Source: a virus
Lineage: Duplodnaviria > Caudoviricetes
Reading direction: 5' to 3' (one strand)
DNA: 41,044 nucleotides
IMG/VR virus record: IMGVR_UViG_3300044723_000587
Location: 1 to 41,044 of that record
Below the pieces are notes generated by a model. That model did no database searches. It saw nothing but the letters and a program-made list of their open reading frames with translations, and was not told where the DNA came from. Within the stretch, counting starts at the first letter, position 1. Each line of letters starts with the position of its first letter. A program made the translations under genes and the position numbers. Shown one piece after another: positions 6,421 through 15,800 of this stretch.

Positions 6421-8823
6421 ATGGAAATAACAATATTTAAAGATATTAAAGATACTGCTCAACCTTTTTATAGAGATGTAGATATAATAATAGAAAGGAT
6501 AAGAGAGGGAGCATCACAAGAAATAGTACGAGCAATCCGATCAGAGAAAGATAAAGAAAAAAGAAATCAATTAAAGCAATCATTACCAGCAATATGTTTT
6601 AGTGGTAAATTTACAAAAAGAAATGACTCATCTTTAGTCAATCATAGTGGTTTAATTTGTTTGGACTTTGATAACTTTCCTTCTGAGAAGGAGATGCTGG
6701 AAGAAAAAGAAAACTTAACTAAGGATAGGTACACCTATTCTGTATTCGTATCACCAAGTGGATTAGGATTAAAGGTATTGGTAAAGATTCCTAATGAGGT
6801 AGACACTCATAAACAATTTTTTACATCCCTTCAGCATCATTACAATAATGAGTTTTTTGATATAACATGTAAGAATGTATCAAGAGTTTGTTATGAATCA
6901 TATGATCCATTAATTTATATTAATGAGCAGTCAAGTATATTTAATCAAATACTTGAGCAAGAGTATCAGGAAGTTGTAAAGCATAAGGATGTACAGACTA
7001 TACCAATAACAGATGAGAATAAGATAGTAGAAATTTTAACTAAGTGGTGGGAAAGAAAGTATGGATTAAATAGTGGAGAGAGAAATAACAATGTGTATAT
7101 ATTAGCAGCAGCGTTTAATGATTTTGGTGTAACTAAAACGTTAGCTGAATATGTGATGGGTAACTTTGTTAGTAAAGACTTTTCTCAAAGCGAGATCAAA
7201 AGAACAATACATTCAGCGTACAAACAGGTACAAAACTTTGGTACTAAGTACTACGAGGATGAGGAGAAAGTTAATAATGTAAAACAAAAATTAAGAAAGG
7301 GAGCTACTGCATCAGAAATTAAAAAACAAATAGCTGAAGAATTAGATGTAGAAGATAGTGTTTTAGACAATGTGGTACGAAGACTCGAGGAGGAGCAAGA
7401 CAAACAAAAGTTTTGGACTAAGAGTGATAAGGGAGTAGTTAAAATAATTCATATTTCATTCAAACAATTTTTAGAAGAGAATGGATTCTATAAATTTAAT
7501 CCTGAAGGAAGTAAGAACTATGTTTTTGTTAAGGTTACTAATAATTTAATAGACCACACATCAGAGAAAGAGATTAAAGACTTTATCCTAAACTACTTAT
7601 TAGATGTAGATGATAAGAGTATATATAATTACTTTGCTGAGTGTACAAGATATTTTAGAGAAGAGTTTCTAACCTTACTATCATCTATAAATGTTTACTT
7701 TATAGCGGACACTAAAGATAATGCTTATCTGTACTACACAAATTGTGCAGTTAAGATTACTAAGAATGAAATAATACCAATAGACTACTTAGACTTAGGA
7801 GGTTATGTTTGGAAGGACCATGTTATTGATAGAGTGTTTGATGTTTGTGAGGTTACAAATTGTAATTATAAAACTTTCATTCATAATATATCAGGATCAA
7901 ATGATACAAGAATAAAGTCTATGGAGTCAACAATGGGTTACTTACTACATGGATGGAAGAACTTATCGTACTGTCCAGCTACCATATTAAACGATGAGGT
8001 TATATCAGATAATCCTGAAGGTGGTACTGGTAAAGGTTTGTTTATGAATGGGTTATCTCATATGAAAAAGTTAGTAGTTATAGATGGTAAATCATTTAAC
8101 TTTGAGAAGTCATTTGCTTATCAATTGGTTTCTGCTGATACTCAGATACTATGCTTTGATGATGTAAAGAAACATTTTGACTTTGAGAGATTGTTCAGTG
8201 TAGTAACAGAGGGACTAACTTTAGAGAAGAAAAATAAGGATGCAATTAAGATACCATTTAGTAAATCTCCAAAGGTTGCCATCACTACTAACTATGCTAT
8301 TAAAGGTAAGGGATCTTCTTTTGAGAGAAGAAAGTGGGAGTTAGAACTTAGTCAGTATTACACTAAAGAGTTTACACCACTTGTAGAGTTTGGTAAGTTA
8401 ATGTTTGGTGAGTGGAATGATAATGACTGGTGTCAGTTTGATAATTATATGATAACATGTCTGCAATTATACTTAGATAAAGGATTATTAAAGAGTGACT
8501 TTGTTAATCTTAAGACACGTAAGTTTTCTGCTGAGACATCTCATGAATTTATAGAGTGGTGTGGAATTATAGATGGAATGCATAATCCTAAGTTAACTAA
8601 AGACTCAAGAATTTATAGTAATGATTTATATATGGATTTTGTTAATGAGTATCCTGACTATGGACCAAAGGCTAAGATGACGGTGAGTAGAATTAGATTT
8701 GGAAAATGGTTAGTGTCTTATTCTGTTTATAAATACGATTGTAATCCGTTAGAAGGTAAGGACATGATGGGTAAGTGGATAAAATTTGTTGACAGTACTC
8801 ACTATGAAAGTGATACGGTATGA
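6421..8823 (+). CDS. Primase-helicase (BT4734/VirE_N-like primase domain, PriCT-like region, P-loop helicase)
   Basis: LKQSLP..FSG.F..R, SGLICLDFD, FVSPSGLGLK, SRVCYESYDP; GERNN; Walker A GGTGKG; Walker B ILCFDD; ITTN. Confidence 0.88.
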   Translation: MEITIFKDIKDTAQPFYRDVDIIIERIREGASQEIVRAIRSEKDKEKRNQLKQSLPAICFSGKFTKRNDSSLVNHSGLICLDFDNFPSEKEMLEEKENLTKDRYTYSVFVSPSGLGLKVLVKIPNEVDTHKQFFTSLQHHYNNEFFDITCKNVSRVCYESYDPLIYINEQSSIFNQILEQEYQEVVKHKDVQTIPITDENKIVEILTKWWERKYGLNSGERNNNVYILAAAFNDFGVTKTLAEYVMGNFVSKDFSQSEIKRTIHSAYKQVQNFGTKYYEDEEKVNNVKQKLRKGATASEIKKQIAEELDVEDSVLDNVVRRLEEEQDKQKFWTKSDKGVVKIIHISFKQFLEENGFYKFNPEGSKNYVFVKVTNNLIDHTSEKEIKDFILNYLLDVDDKSIYNYFAECTRYFREEFLTLLSSINVYFIADTKDNAYLYYTNCAVKITKNEIIPIDYLDLGGYVWKDHVIDRVFDVCEVTNCNYKTFIHNISGSNDTRIKSMESTMGYLLHGWKNLSYCPATILNDEVISDNPEGGTGKGLFMNGLSHMKKLVVIDGKSFNFEKSFAYQLVSADTQILCFDDVKKHFDFERLFSVVTEGLTLEKKNKDAIKIPFSKSPKVAITTNYAIKGKGSSFERRKWELELSQYYTKEFTPLVEFGKLMFGEWNDNDWCQFDNYMITCLQLYLDKGLLKSDFVNLKTRKFSAETSHEFIEWCGIIDGMHNPKLTKDSRIYSNDLYMDFVNEYPDYGPKAKMTVSRIRFGKWLVSYSVYKYDCNPLEGKDMMGKWIKFVDSTHYESDTV

Positions 8824-10052
8824 TAGAGTATAGAGATTACCAAAAGAATATTATATCAGATGGTGTTGGTATAATAAAAGAGAATAGGTTTTTATATTTA
8901 GCAATGGAGGTAAGAACTGGTAAAACATTAACGAGTTTAGGAATATGTGATAAGCTAAATGTAGATAAAGTTTTATTTATAACTAAGAAAAAAGCTATAT
9001 CAAGTATACAAAATGATTATAATTTATTACAACCATCTTTTAGTATTGAAATAATAAACTATGAATCATTACATAAGGTTAGACAGACTGGTTGGGATGT
9101 TGTAATATGTGACGAGGCTCATGGTATGGGAGCATTTCCTAAACCAAGTGGCAGATCTAAGAAGGTAAAGAACATTATATTCAGATCTAATCCTTATGTT
9201 ATATTATTAAGTGGAACTCCTACACCTGAGGCTTACTCTCAAATGTATCATCAAGTATATTTTATACCTAACAATCCGTTTGCTATGTATAAAAACTTTT
9301 ATCAGTTTGCTAATGATTATGTTGGTGTTGTTAAGAAAAAGATAGGTGGAATGTATATCAATGATTACTCTAAGGGTAGTAAAAAGATTATAGAAACCAT
9401 GTCACCTTATACTATTAACTTTAGTCAAAAGGATGCGGGTTTTGTAGTTGACACTACTGAGCATGTGTTAGAGGTAGACATTAAAAAATCTACACTGGAC
9501 CTTATATCTAAGTTAAAAAGAAACTTAGTAGTTGAGGGTGAAAGCGAAGTAATTTTGGCTGATACATCGGTTAAGCTTATGACTAAGGTACATCAGATGT
9601 GCAGTGGTACTATTAAGTTTGAGAGTGGTAACTCAATGGTGTTAGATCTTAGTAAGGCTGAATTTATAAAGAAGAAGTTTCACAATAAAAAGATAGGTAT
9701 ATTCTATAAGTTTAAGGAAGAGCTTAATGCTATAAAGGAGGTGTTCGGTGATGATATATGCACAGACTTAGATTGTTTTAATACTACATCTAAAAACATT
9801 GCCCTTCAGATAGTTAGTGGTAGAGAAGGGATATCTTTACGCCAGGCTGATGCATTAGTTTATTACAATATTGACTTTAGTGCTACATCATATTGGCAGA
9901 GTAAAGATAGGATGACTACTAAGGATAGGCTGAAGAATAATATCTATTGGATATTCAGTAAAGGTGGTATTGAGAGGGATATTTATAAAGCGGTAATTAA
10001 AAAGAAGGACTATACCCTTACTCATTTTAGAAGAAAATTTATAAATTTGTAA
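8820..10052 (+). CDS. Superfamily 2 (SNF2-like) helicase
   Basis: YRDYQ, EVRTGKT, INYESL, DEAH, LSGTP, GREGISL, QSKDR. Confidence 0.9.
   Translation: MIEYRDYQKNIISDGVGIIKENRFLYLAMEVRTGKTLTSLGICDKLNVDKVLFITKKKAISSIQNDYNLLQPSFSIEIINYESLHKVRQTGWDVVICDEAHGMGAFPKPSGRSKKVKNIIFRSNPYVILLSGTPTPEAYSQMYHQVYFIPNNPFAMYKNFYQFANDYVGVVKKKIGGMYINDYSKGSKKIIETMSPYTINFSQKDAGFVVDTTEHVLEVDIKKSTLDLISKLKRNLVVEGESEVILADTSVKLMTKVHQMCSGTIKFESGNSMVLDLSKAEFIKKKFHNKKIGIFYKFKEELNAIKEVFGDDICTDLDCFNTTSKNIALQIVSGREGISLRQADALVYYNIDFSATSYWQSKDRMTTKDRLKNNIYWIFSKGGIERDIYKAVIKKKDYTLTHFRRKFINL
10042..10049 (+). promoter_or_regulatory. Possible -7 promoter element
   Basis: TAAATTTG 14 nt upstream of the ATG at 10064; no clear -33 element. 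Confidence 0.4.
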
Positions 10053-10063
10053 AACATAAAACA

Positions 10064-10249
10064 ATGAAAGAAATAGGAAGTTTAGAAATAACAAGGTACA
10101 ATTACGATGAGGTAGATGGCGATCCAAAGATTATTATATCTATGGTAAAAGTATTAGATAAAAAAGGAAAGTATATAAAATTTGCCAAGTTAAAAGAGGT
10201 AGAGAAATACCTTTCAAAGTACCCTGTTATATTTAAAGAGATAGGTTAG
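10064..10249 (+). CDS. Hypothetical protein
   Basis: 61-aa ORF with A-rich start context. Confidence 0.65.
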   Translation: MKEIGSLEITRYNYDEVDGDPKIIISMVKVLDKKGKYIKFAKLKEVEKYLSKYPVIFKEIG

Positions 10250-10251
10250 TA

Positions 10252-10497
10252 ATGACCGAACAACAAATACAATCAAAGAGGATTAAGCAATTGGAGGCGG
10301 AAGGATACTATGTTCTTAAGCTAATCAAGACTAATAAGAATGGCATCCCCGACCTCCTTGCAATCCCTCCAAATTGTGATGTATTATTTTCAGAAGTAAA
10401 AAAACCAACAGGTAAGTTATCAAAATTACAAGAGTATAGACTAAAAGAATTAGATAAACATGGATGTAAAACAGAGGTATACAAGGGAGACAGATGA
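10252..10497 (+). CDS. VRR-NUC family nuclease / Holliday junction resolvase-like
   Basis: TEQQIQ, GIPDL, FSEVKK, GKLSKLQ. Confidence 0.88.
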   Translation: MTEQQIQSKRIKQLEAEGYYVLKLIKTNKNGIPDLLAIPPNCDVLFSEVKKPTGKLSKLQEYRLKELDKHGCKTEVYKGDR

Positions 10498-10804
10498 ATA
10501 TAAAGTAGAAGATGATTTTATTGAAAGCATTCAGCGATTTGATATTAGAACAGGAATTAAGATAGCAAATTACATTAATCAAAAATCATTATACATACCT
10601 GAAAGTACTTTAGTATCTACCATAATGGGTGGCCTTGTAATCAATGATGATAATGAGCCAGTAACATTTGCAGTAGAAATAATAAAAGACTTTTCTCCAA
10701 AAATAAAATTAACAGATCTAAAACCTGTAAGCATGGACGAGTATTTAGATTTGTACAACTTAAATTTAAAATCAAATGGATCACTTAAAAGTAAAAGCAG
10801 TTAA
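10460..10804 (+). CDS. Hypothetical protein
   Basis: 114-aa ORF overlapping neighbours. Confidence 0.65.
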   Translation: MDVKQRYTRETDEYKVEDDFIESIQRFDIRTGIKIANYINQKSLYIPESTLVSTIMGGLVINDDNEPVTFAVEIIKDFSPKIKLTDLKPVSMDEYLDLYNLNLKSNGSLKSKSS

Positions 10805-11225
10805 GAATTTAGTGGTGTCCCATACAGGACTAAATTTAGACAGTAGATTTAAAACAGATCCTTTAATAAAAGCAAGAGCTATTTGTTATAAGATATTAAA
10901 GGACGAGTGTAATATGTCTTACACTTACATAGGAAAACAATTTGGTAAACATCATGCAACAATTATGCATTCACATAGAGAGTTTAAATGGATGGTGAAG
11001 GCTGATAAAGACATGGGGAGAAAGTATAATTTAATTTTAAATTTATACAAAGAAGAGAAAGACCAATACACAGAATTAACACCAGCTGAAATAAAAAAAA
11101 CTTTAAAAGATTTGGCTGAACAAAATAAAATGTTAAATTTGTCTGTGATTAATGTTCAAAAAGAGTTGAAAGAAAGATTAATACAGTTAGAAACTAAAAT
11201 TGATAAACTAATTAGTAGCGTATAA
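10776..11225 (+). CDS. Second DnaA-C-like HTH protein with C-terminal coiled coil
   Basis: KARAICYKIL, MSYTYIGKQFGKHHATIMH; heptad-rich C-terminus. Confidence 0.75.
   Translation: MDHLKVKAVKNLVVSHTGLNLDSRFKTDPLIKARAICYKILKDECNMSYTYIGKQFGKHHATIMHSHREFKWMVKADKDMGRKYNLILNLYKEEKDQYTELTPAEIKKTLKDLAEQNKMLNLSVINVQKELKERLIQLETKIDKLISSV
11111..11141 (+). promoter_or_regulatory. Consensus Bacteroidota promoter internal to a CDS
   Basis: TTTG(11111-11114)-N19-TAAATTTG(11134-11141). Confidence 0.6.
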
Positions 11226-11229
11226 TTAA

Positions 11230-11421
11230 ATGCCAAGAGTAGCACCAGAAGATGTACAAGCAATATCGCATATAAACCATACATGTGATAGCATCCACGA
11301 CTTTGCTGATAACCTATATGAAGACTTGATGGATAGAGAACATGAGTCTATTAAAAAATCAGCCCAAGAACTAATCAATCATCTTAATGACTTAATTTAT
11401 TCCATGTCTGATGAGATATAA
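11230..11421 (+). CDS. Hypothetical helical protein
   Basis: 63-aa ORF, TAATTAA-ATG context. Confidence 0.7.
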   Translation: MPRVAPEDVQAISHINHTCDSIHDFADNLYEDLMDREHESIKKSAQELINHLNDLIYSMSDEI

Positions 11422-11461
11422 AAAAGAAAGTTGTGTTGTAATATGGCCATCTTAATTTGTT

Positions 11462-11815
11462 ATGGGTTACAAAAGCAAGGAAGATCAGGCTGTTAACTCT
11501 AAAAAACATTATGAAAATAATAAAGAAAAAATTAAACTTAGGTCTGCTAAAAGAAATAAAACTCAACGTAGGTCTAATGTTGATTATGTAAAGGATGTAA
11601 AAAGAACAACTCCATGTGTAGATTGTGGAGAGTCTAACCCAGTACTGTTAGAGTTTGATCATGTGCGGGGAGAAAAGGTAAAGTGTATATCTGATATGGT
11701 AAGAGGAGCTTACAGTATAGAAACTATAAAAGAAGAAATAAAAAAATGTGACGTTAGATGTGCAAATTGTCATAGGTTAGTAACACATGAAAGAAGAATA
11801 GAAAACAAAATATAA
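11462..11815 (+). CDS. HNH endonuclease
   Basis: CVDCGE, LEFDHV, KCDVRCANCH. Confidence 0.88.
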   Translation: MGYKSKEDQAVNSKKHYENNKEKIKLRSAKRNKTQRRSNVDYVKDVKRTTPCVDCGESNPVLLEFDHVRGEKVKCISDMVRGAYSIETIKEEIKKCDVRCANCHRLVTHERRIENKI

Positions 11816-12069
11816 TGGATGAAATTTTAATGCAAAAGTTAGAAGAGAATGAATGCTTATTAGCCACAGGATATGAGTCAGCTTTAATAGGAATAACTGA
11901 GGGGCCTAATCCTGTAGCTGTATATGATACTGACGAGTGTATAAGATGTTTAATGGAAGAGGATGAAGAAAGGTTGAGCCAAGAGGATGCCTTAGATTTT
12001 TTTTATTTTCAGACTGTCAATGCTTATGTAGGAGAAAAAACACCAATATTTATTAAAAGATATGAATAA
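11815..12069 (+). CDS. Hypothetical acidic phage protein
   Basis: GYESALIG..VAVYD..AYVGEKTPIF pattern, which I recall from aquatic phage hypotheticals. Confidence 0.75.
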   Translation: MDEILMQKLEENECLLATGYESALIGITEGPNPVAVYDTDECIRCLMEEDEERLSQEDALDFFYFQTVNAYVGEKTPIFIKRYE

Positions 12070-12445
12070 ACAAATAGCGAAAGAGTTACATCAGTTTAGT
12101 AAAACAATAGCCGAAAGGTTTTCTCGTAAGGACAGGGAGGGAAATGTTTCTCAAGAATCATTCAGTGTAGAAGAGGTTATACCAACTTCAGATCATACAG
12201 CAGTTATTAATTTTAAAAAGAGTAGCGGAAAGATAGGTGTGGCTTTCTGTTATTATATAGCTAAAGGAATGTCAAAGGGTTGGAAGTATTTCTTTCCTAC
12301 TGACTCACATCTTAATGGGTTCCAAGCTTTCTTATATTATAAGTTAGATGCTGAGCGCAGAAACTATGATAAGAATTTTTTAGTGGAACAGTATAATAGA
12401 AATAGAGAAACTAAAGATCAAATTAAATATGAGCATGAAATATAA
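12062..12445 (+). CDS. Hypothetical protein
   Basis: 127-aa ORF, WKYFFPTDSH motif. Confidence 0.75.
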   Translation: MNKQIAKELHQFSKTIAERFSRKDREGNVSQESFSVEEVIPTSDHTAVINFKKSSGKIGVAFCYYIAKGMSKGWKYFFPTDSHLNGFQAFLYYKLDAERRNYDKNFLVEQYNRNRETKDQIKYEHEI

Positions 12446-12626
12446 AACAATAAAAAGTGTGCTGAGAAATAATATAGAAAAGAAGGTTAATGTATTATGG
12501 ACGTGGGATAAAATTGAAAATAACTTTACTCAAATATATCAGAACTACAATAATGGCCTACGAATATACACGCCAGCACAACTATTAGAAGAAATAGAAA
12601 GAGAACTTAAGCTGCAAGCTTCTTAG
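12429..12626 (+). CDS. Hypothetical protein, last gene of the + arm
   Basis: 65-aa ORF; 3' end overlaps the convergent gene by 20 nt. Confidence 0.65.
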   Translation: MSMKYKTIKSVLRNNIEKKVNVLWTWDKIENNFTQIYQNYNNGLRIYTPAQLLEEIERELKLQAS

Positions 12627-12840
12627 CTTTTAATAACTCAGCACACTTTTCATACTCTTCAGTATATGTAAAATATTCTATAAGGGTATCGTATATATCA
12701 TCCACCATCACTACCACAGGATTTTCAGGGTTATGCATAAAATATAAAGTATCTTGTTCTTCTAACAATTCATCAACCGTTTTCTTTCCCATCAGCAACT
12801 CATAGCTACTCCTCATACATAAGTCTTCATTGAATTCCAT
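12607..12840 (-). CDS. Small protein with UVR-like C-terminal motif
   Basis: YFTYTEEYEKCAEL resembles the E.YE.AA.l coiled-coil motif; starts 1 nt after the giant ORF stop. Confidence 0.7.
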   Translation of the reverse strand: MEFNEDLCMRSSYELLMGKKTVDELLEEQDTLYFMHNPENPVVVMVDDIYDTLIEYFTYTEEYEKCAELLKAKKLAA

Positions 12841-12841
12841 A

Positions 12842-15800
12842 TTATTCCATAGGGTTTTTATATAACATAGGGTCTGTTTTATCGTTCATTGGATCTTCTG
12901 AATTCATTGGATCTCCAGAAATCATAGGATTACTATCTGCTTTTTTCTTTGCTTTTCTTTTACTTTTTTTATTACGTTTTCTTTCTGCTTCGTTTTGTAT
13001 TTGATACTCACTGAAGTTAAACAAACGCATAATTACTTTAGCTGGATCCTCTCCTCCTTCAATAAGTTGTTCCATATTTTTAAATATCTTACGAACATTA
13101 TTTACAGGAAGCCCTGTTATTTGAGATGTCTCTGCTAAAGCTTTATACAAAGCCTCTTGTTTTTTCTTAGGATCTTTAGTGTCCCTATATCTTGCAAACC
13201 TTTGGAAAATTTCTTCTCCCTGTGTTAGAATAGGAAGGTTTTTAAACTTTAAAAAACTTTGTGGCTTACCAATAATAAGGTCTTTTATTTTAACAGCAAA
13301 CTCTCCATAAATAAATAAAGCGTTTATATTTCCAAGTATAGCAGCCATACCTAAATCTTTTGCGTCCTCATCTTCCCAGTCAGCTAACAAACCTGGCATT
13401 CCATTTGCTACAAACTGAAAGAATACAGGCATAATTACATGGTAAGTTAAAAATATACGACCAGCATCTGTCTTTGTTCCCTTACCTGACTTACCTCCTG
13501 ACGACATAAGCCTGTACATATTTCGTAAAGCATAAACTTCTTTTCTTAAGTATTGCTTAGGAGTAGTTAAGAACATATTAAGTGCTCTAAATATTGGACC
13601 TTTAGTTTGATAGTAGTCTCTATCTTGTAAGTCAGTAGACTGCTGAGATCTTTTAGTGTCTCTTTCAAATTTAACAATAGCCTCATCAATTGCTTCCTGT
13701 TCTGTCTTACCAGCTTCTAATGCTTTGTTTTTATAGTACACATAGTTAGGAACTCCTCCTAAATAAATTGCACCTCTATCTCCTACCTTTGTAGTATACA
13801 TTAAAATATTTATAAGAGATTCTTTATTAGCTCCAGTCATTAATCTTTTACCCCCTATTGTTATATCAGGAAAGACTGACTCCATAGCATCATCCGAGTA
13901 CATCTCAATAGCCTTAGTCATACTCTTAGCATCCCTGTCTTGTAGGTAGGTAGAGTTTTCTGATATCTCTTTCCATATAGCTTTTACATCTTTACCTTTA
14001 CCAAATCTACTTAAAGCAGCGTTCTTCATCCAATTACCATAACCTATATCTGATGCGTAAGTTATGAATGATGTTAACTGCTTAAGAGTTACTACAGGAT
14101 TAATACCTAAACGAGATAATATAAATAAATCCTGCATAATATCTACAGCATTATCCATTTGAGCATTTTCTTTAAATGTTCCTTTATTAGCTATCTTTTG
14201 AATAGCCGCTGTAATAGCATCCATAGTAGGTTTACCATGTAACCTTTCAATCTCGGACTTTATAACGTCATTAGTAAATAATTTATTGATATCATTAACA
14301 GGACGTGCATAAGCTGAAAAGTATTCCATGTCTCTCATATAAGTATAAAGAACATTAGTACCATCCATAGCTCTAATTTTTTTCTTATTCTGTTCTCTCA
14401 TTTTAGTAGAGTTAGCTGCTACTACATTATGGTATTGGATTTTACCACCATCAGCCCCTGGTATAAGATTAACACCTTCCGCTTCTTGGCCTTCTCTATA
14501 AACCATACCTGCATAGTTTACATTATATGGCATCTGAGTTCTGTATATATCTTGATATGCTTCATTGTAATGATTATAAAGCATAGGATATAAAATATCT
14601 ACTTGCCAGTCTGCAAACTCTTTTAAGTTTTTATATTGTTCAGATTCTAACCTGGTAGTTATTTCATTCATTACTTTAGCCACACCTTTTTCATCTGTGC
14701 TAAAAGTTTTTTGTAGCCCTGGATGATTAGAAGAGTCTTTATACTGGTTGTATAAGTAATACATTTGATTAGGAGATAAAACCATTTCTGTTCCATCAGG
14801 TAAATCAATTGCTTCAGTCTTTCTACCAAAAGATGTTACTATAGATTTATATTTTTTACCAAACAACTCTTGAAACTTAGAAATTATTAGTGCATCATTC
14901 ATTAACATTCTCCCTTTCATCTCACGATTAGCAGCGTCAATTTTTTTAGTTACCTCTTCTTGAGTATTACCTTCAAATAATTCTGCAGGTAATAAAGAGA
15001 TCTTATCCATTAATAAAAATAGATCAGAGTTCTTAGCCATAACATTACCTAATCTTTGTACAATATTATTAGTTAATTTTTTAAATCTTTCTTTAACCTT
15101 TATTTTCTTTTTAGAAGTTCCAGATTCATCTCTTCCCCTACTATCTTTAGTGTCTTTAATATTCTCAATGATATCAGTTATTTTATCTTGTATCTCTGCT
15201 TCAGTTGGGTTCTCAACACCTTCCTCTTTTAATTGTTTTTTAGCCTGATCCTTAAAGCTTTCAGTTCTTCCTGTTACATCTAAGAAAACTTGCTCAAATT
15301 GTCTTTGATATTCTAAATGTGCTTTTCTTAATTGCTCTTTAAGTATAGTTCTACCTGCTGTAATTATTTGTTTTAACTCTGTCTCCACTCCAGCTAACAC
15401 ATTAACTTTAGTAATGTCTTCATTAGACATTAAGTTATTGGCTTTAACCATATTCATAATGATTTGCAGATCAGACATCGCAGTATAATCACCTTCGGTT
15501 TTTTCAGGTTGCTTATTAATATTATCGTACTCAGTCTCTAATTTATATATGTATTCTAATACTTTATCCTGAGTAGCTAAACTACCATCATCTATTCTTT
15601 TCTTTAAAGATGCTAATCTTTTTCTTGTAGTCTCATCTATCTTAACACCTTTAAGAATATTACTTATTTTCTTGAGAGTATTTTTAGGATCTAATAAATC
15701 ATCAATAGACTTATGTAGTCTTACATTGTTTTTTTGAGCAGCAAACTCCATAACTTCATTCATTATTTCATTAATGTTATCTTTATTAGCTTGCTCAATC

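Noticed and set aside
3759-11414. Other CTGATGA heptamers (about 3759, 4995, 11408) as further hammerheads
   Set aside because: They lie inside coding regions and lack the stem II, GAAA, stem III arrangement.
1728-11566. Short - strand ORFs opposite the early and replication genes
   Set aside because: Antisense shadows of better-supported + strand genes, with no motifs.
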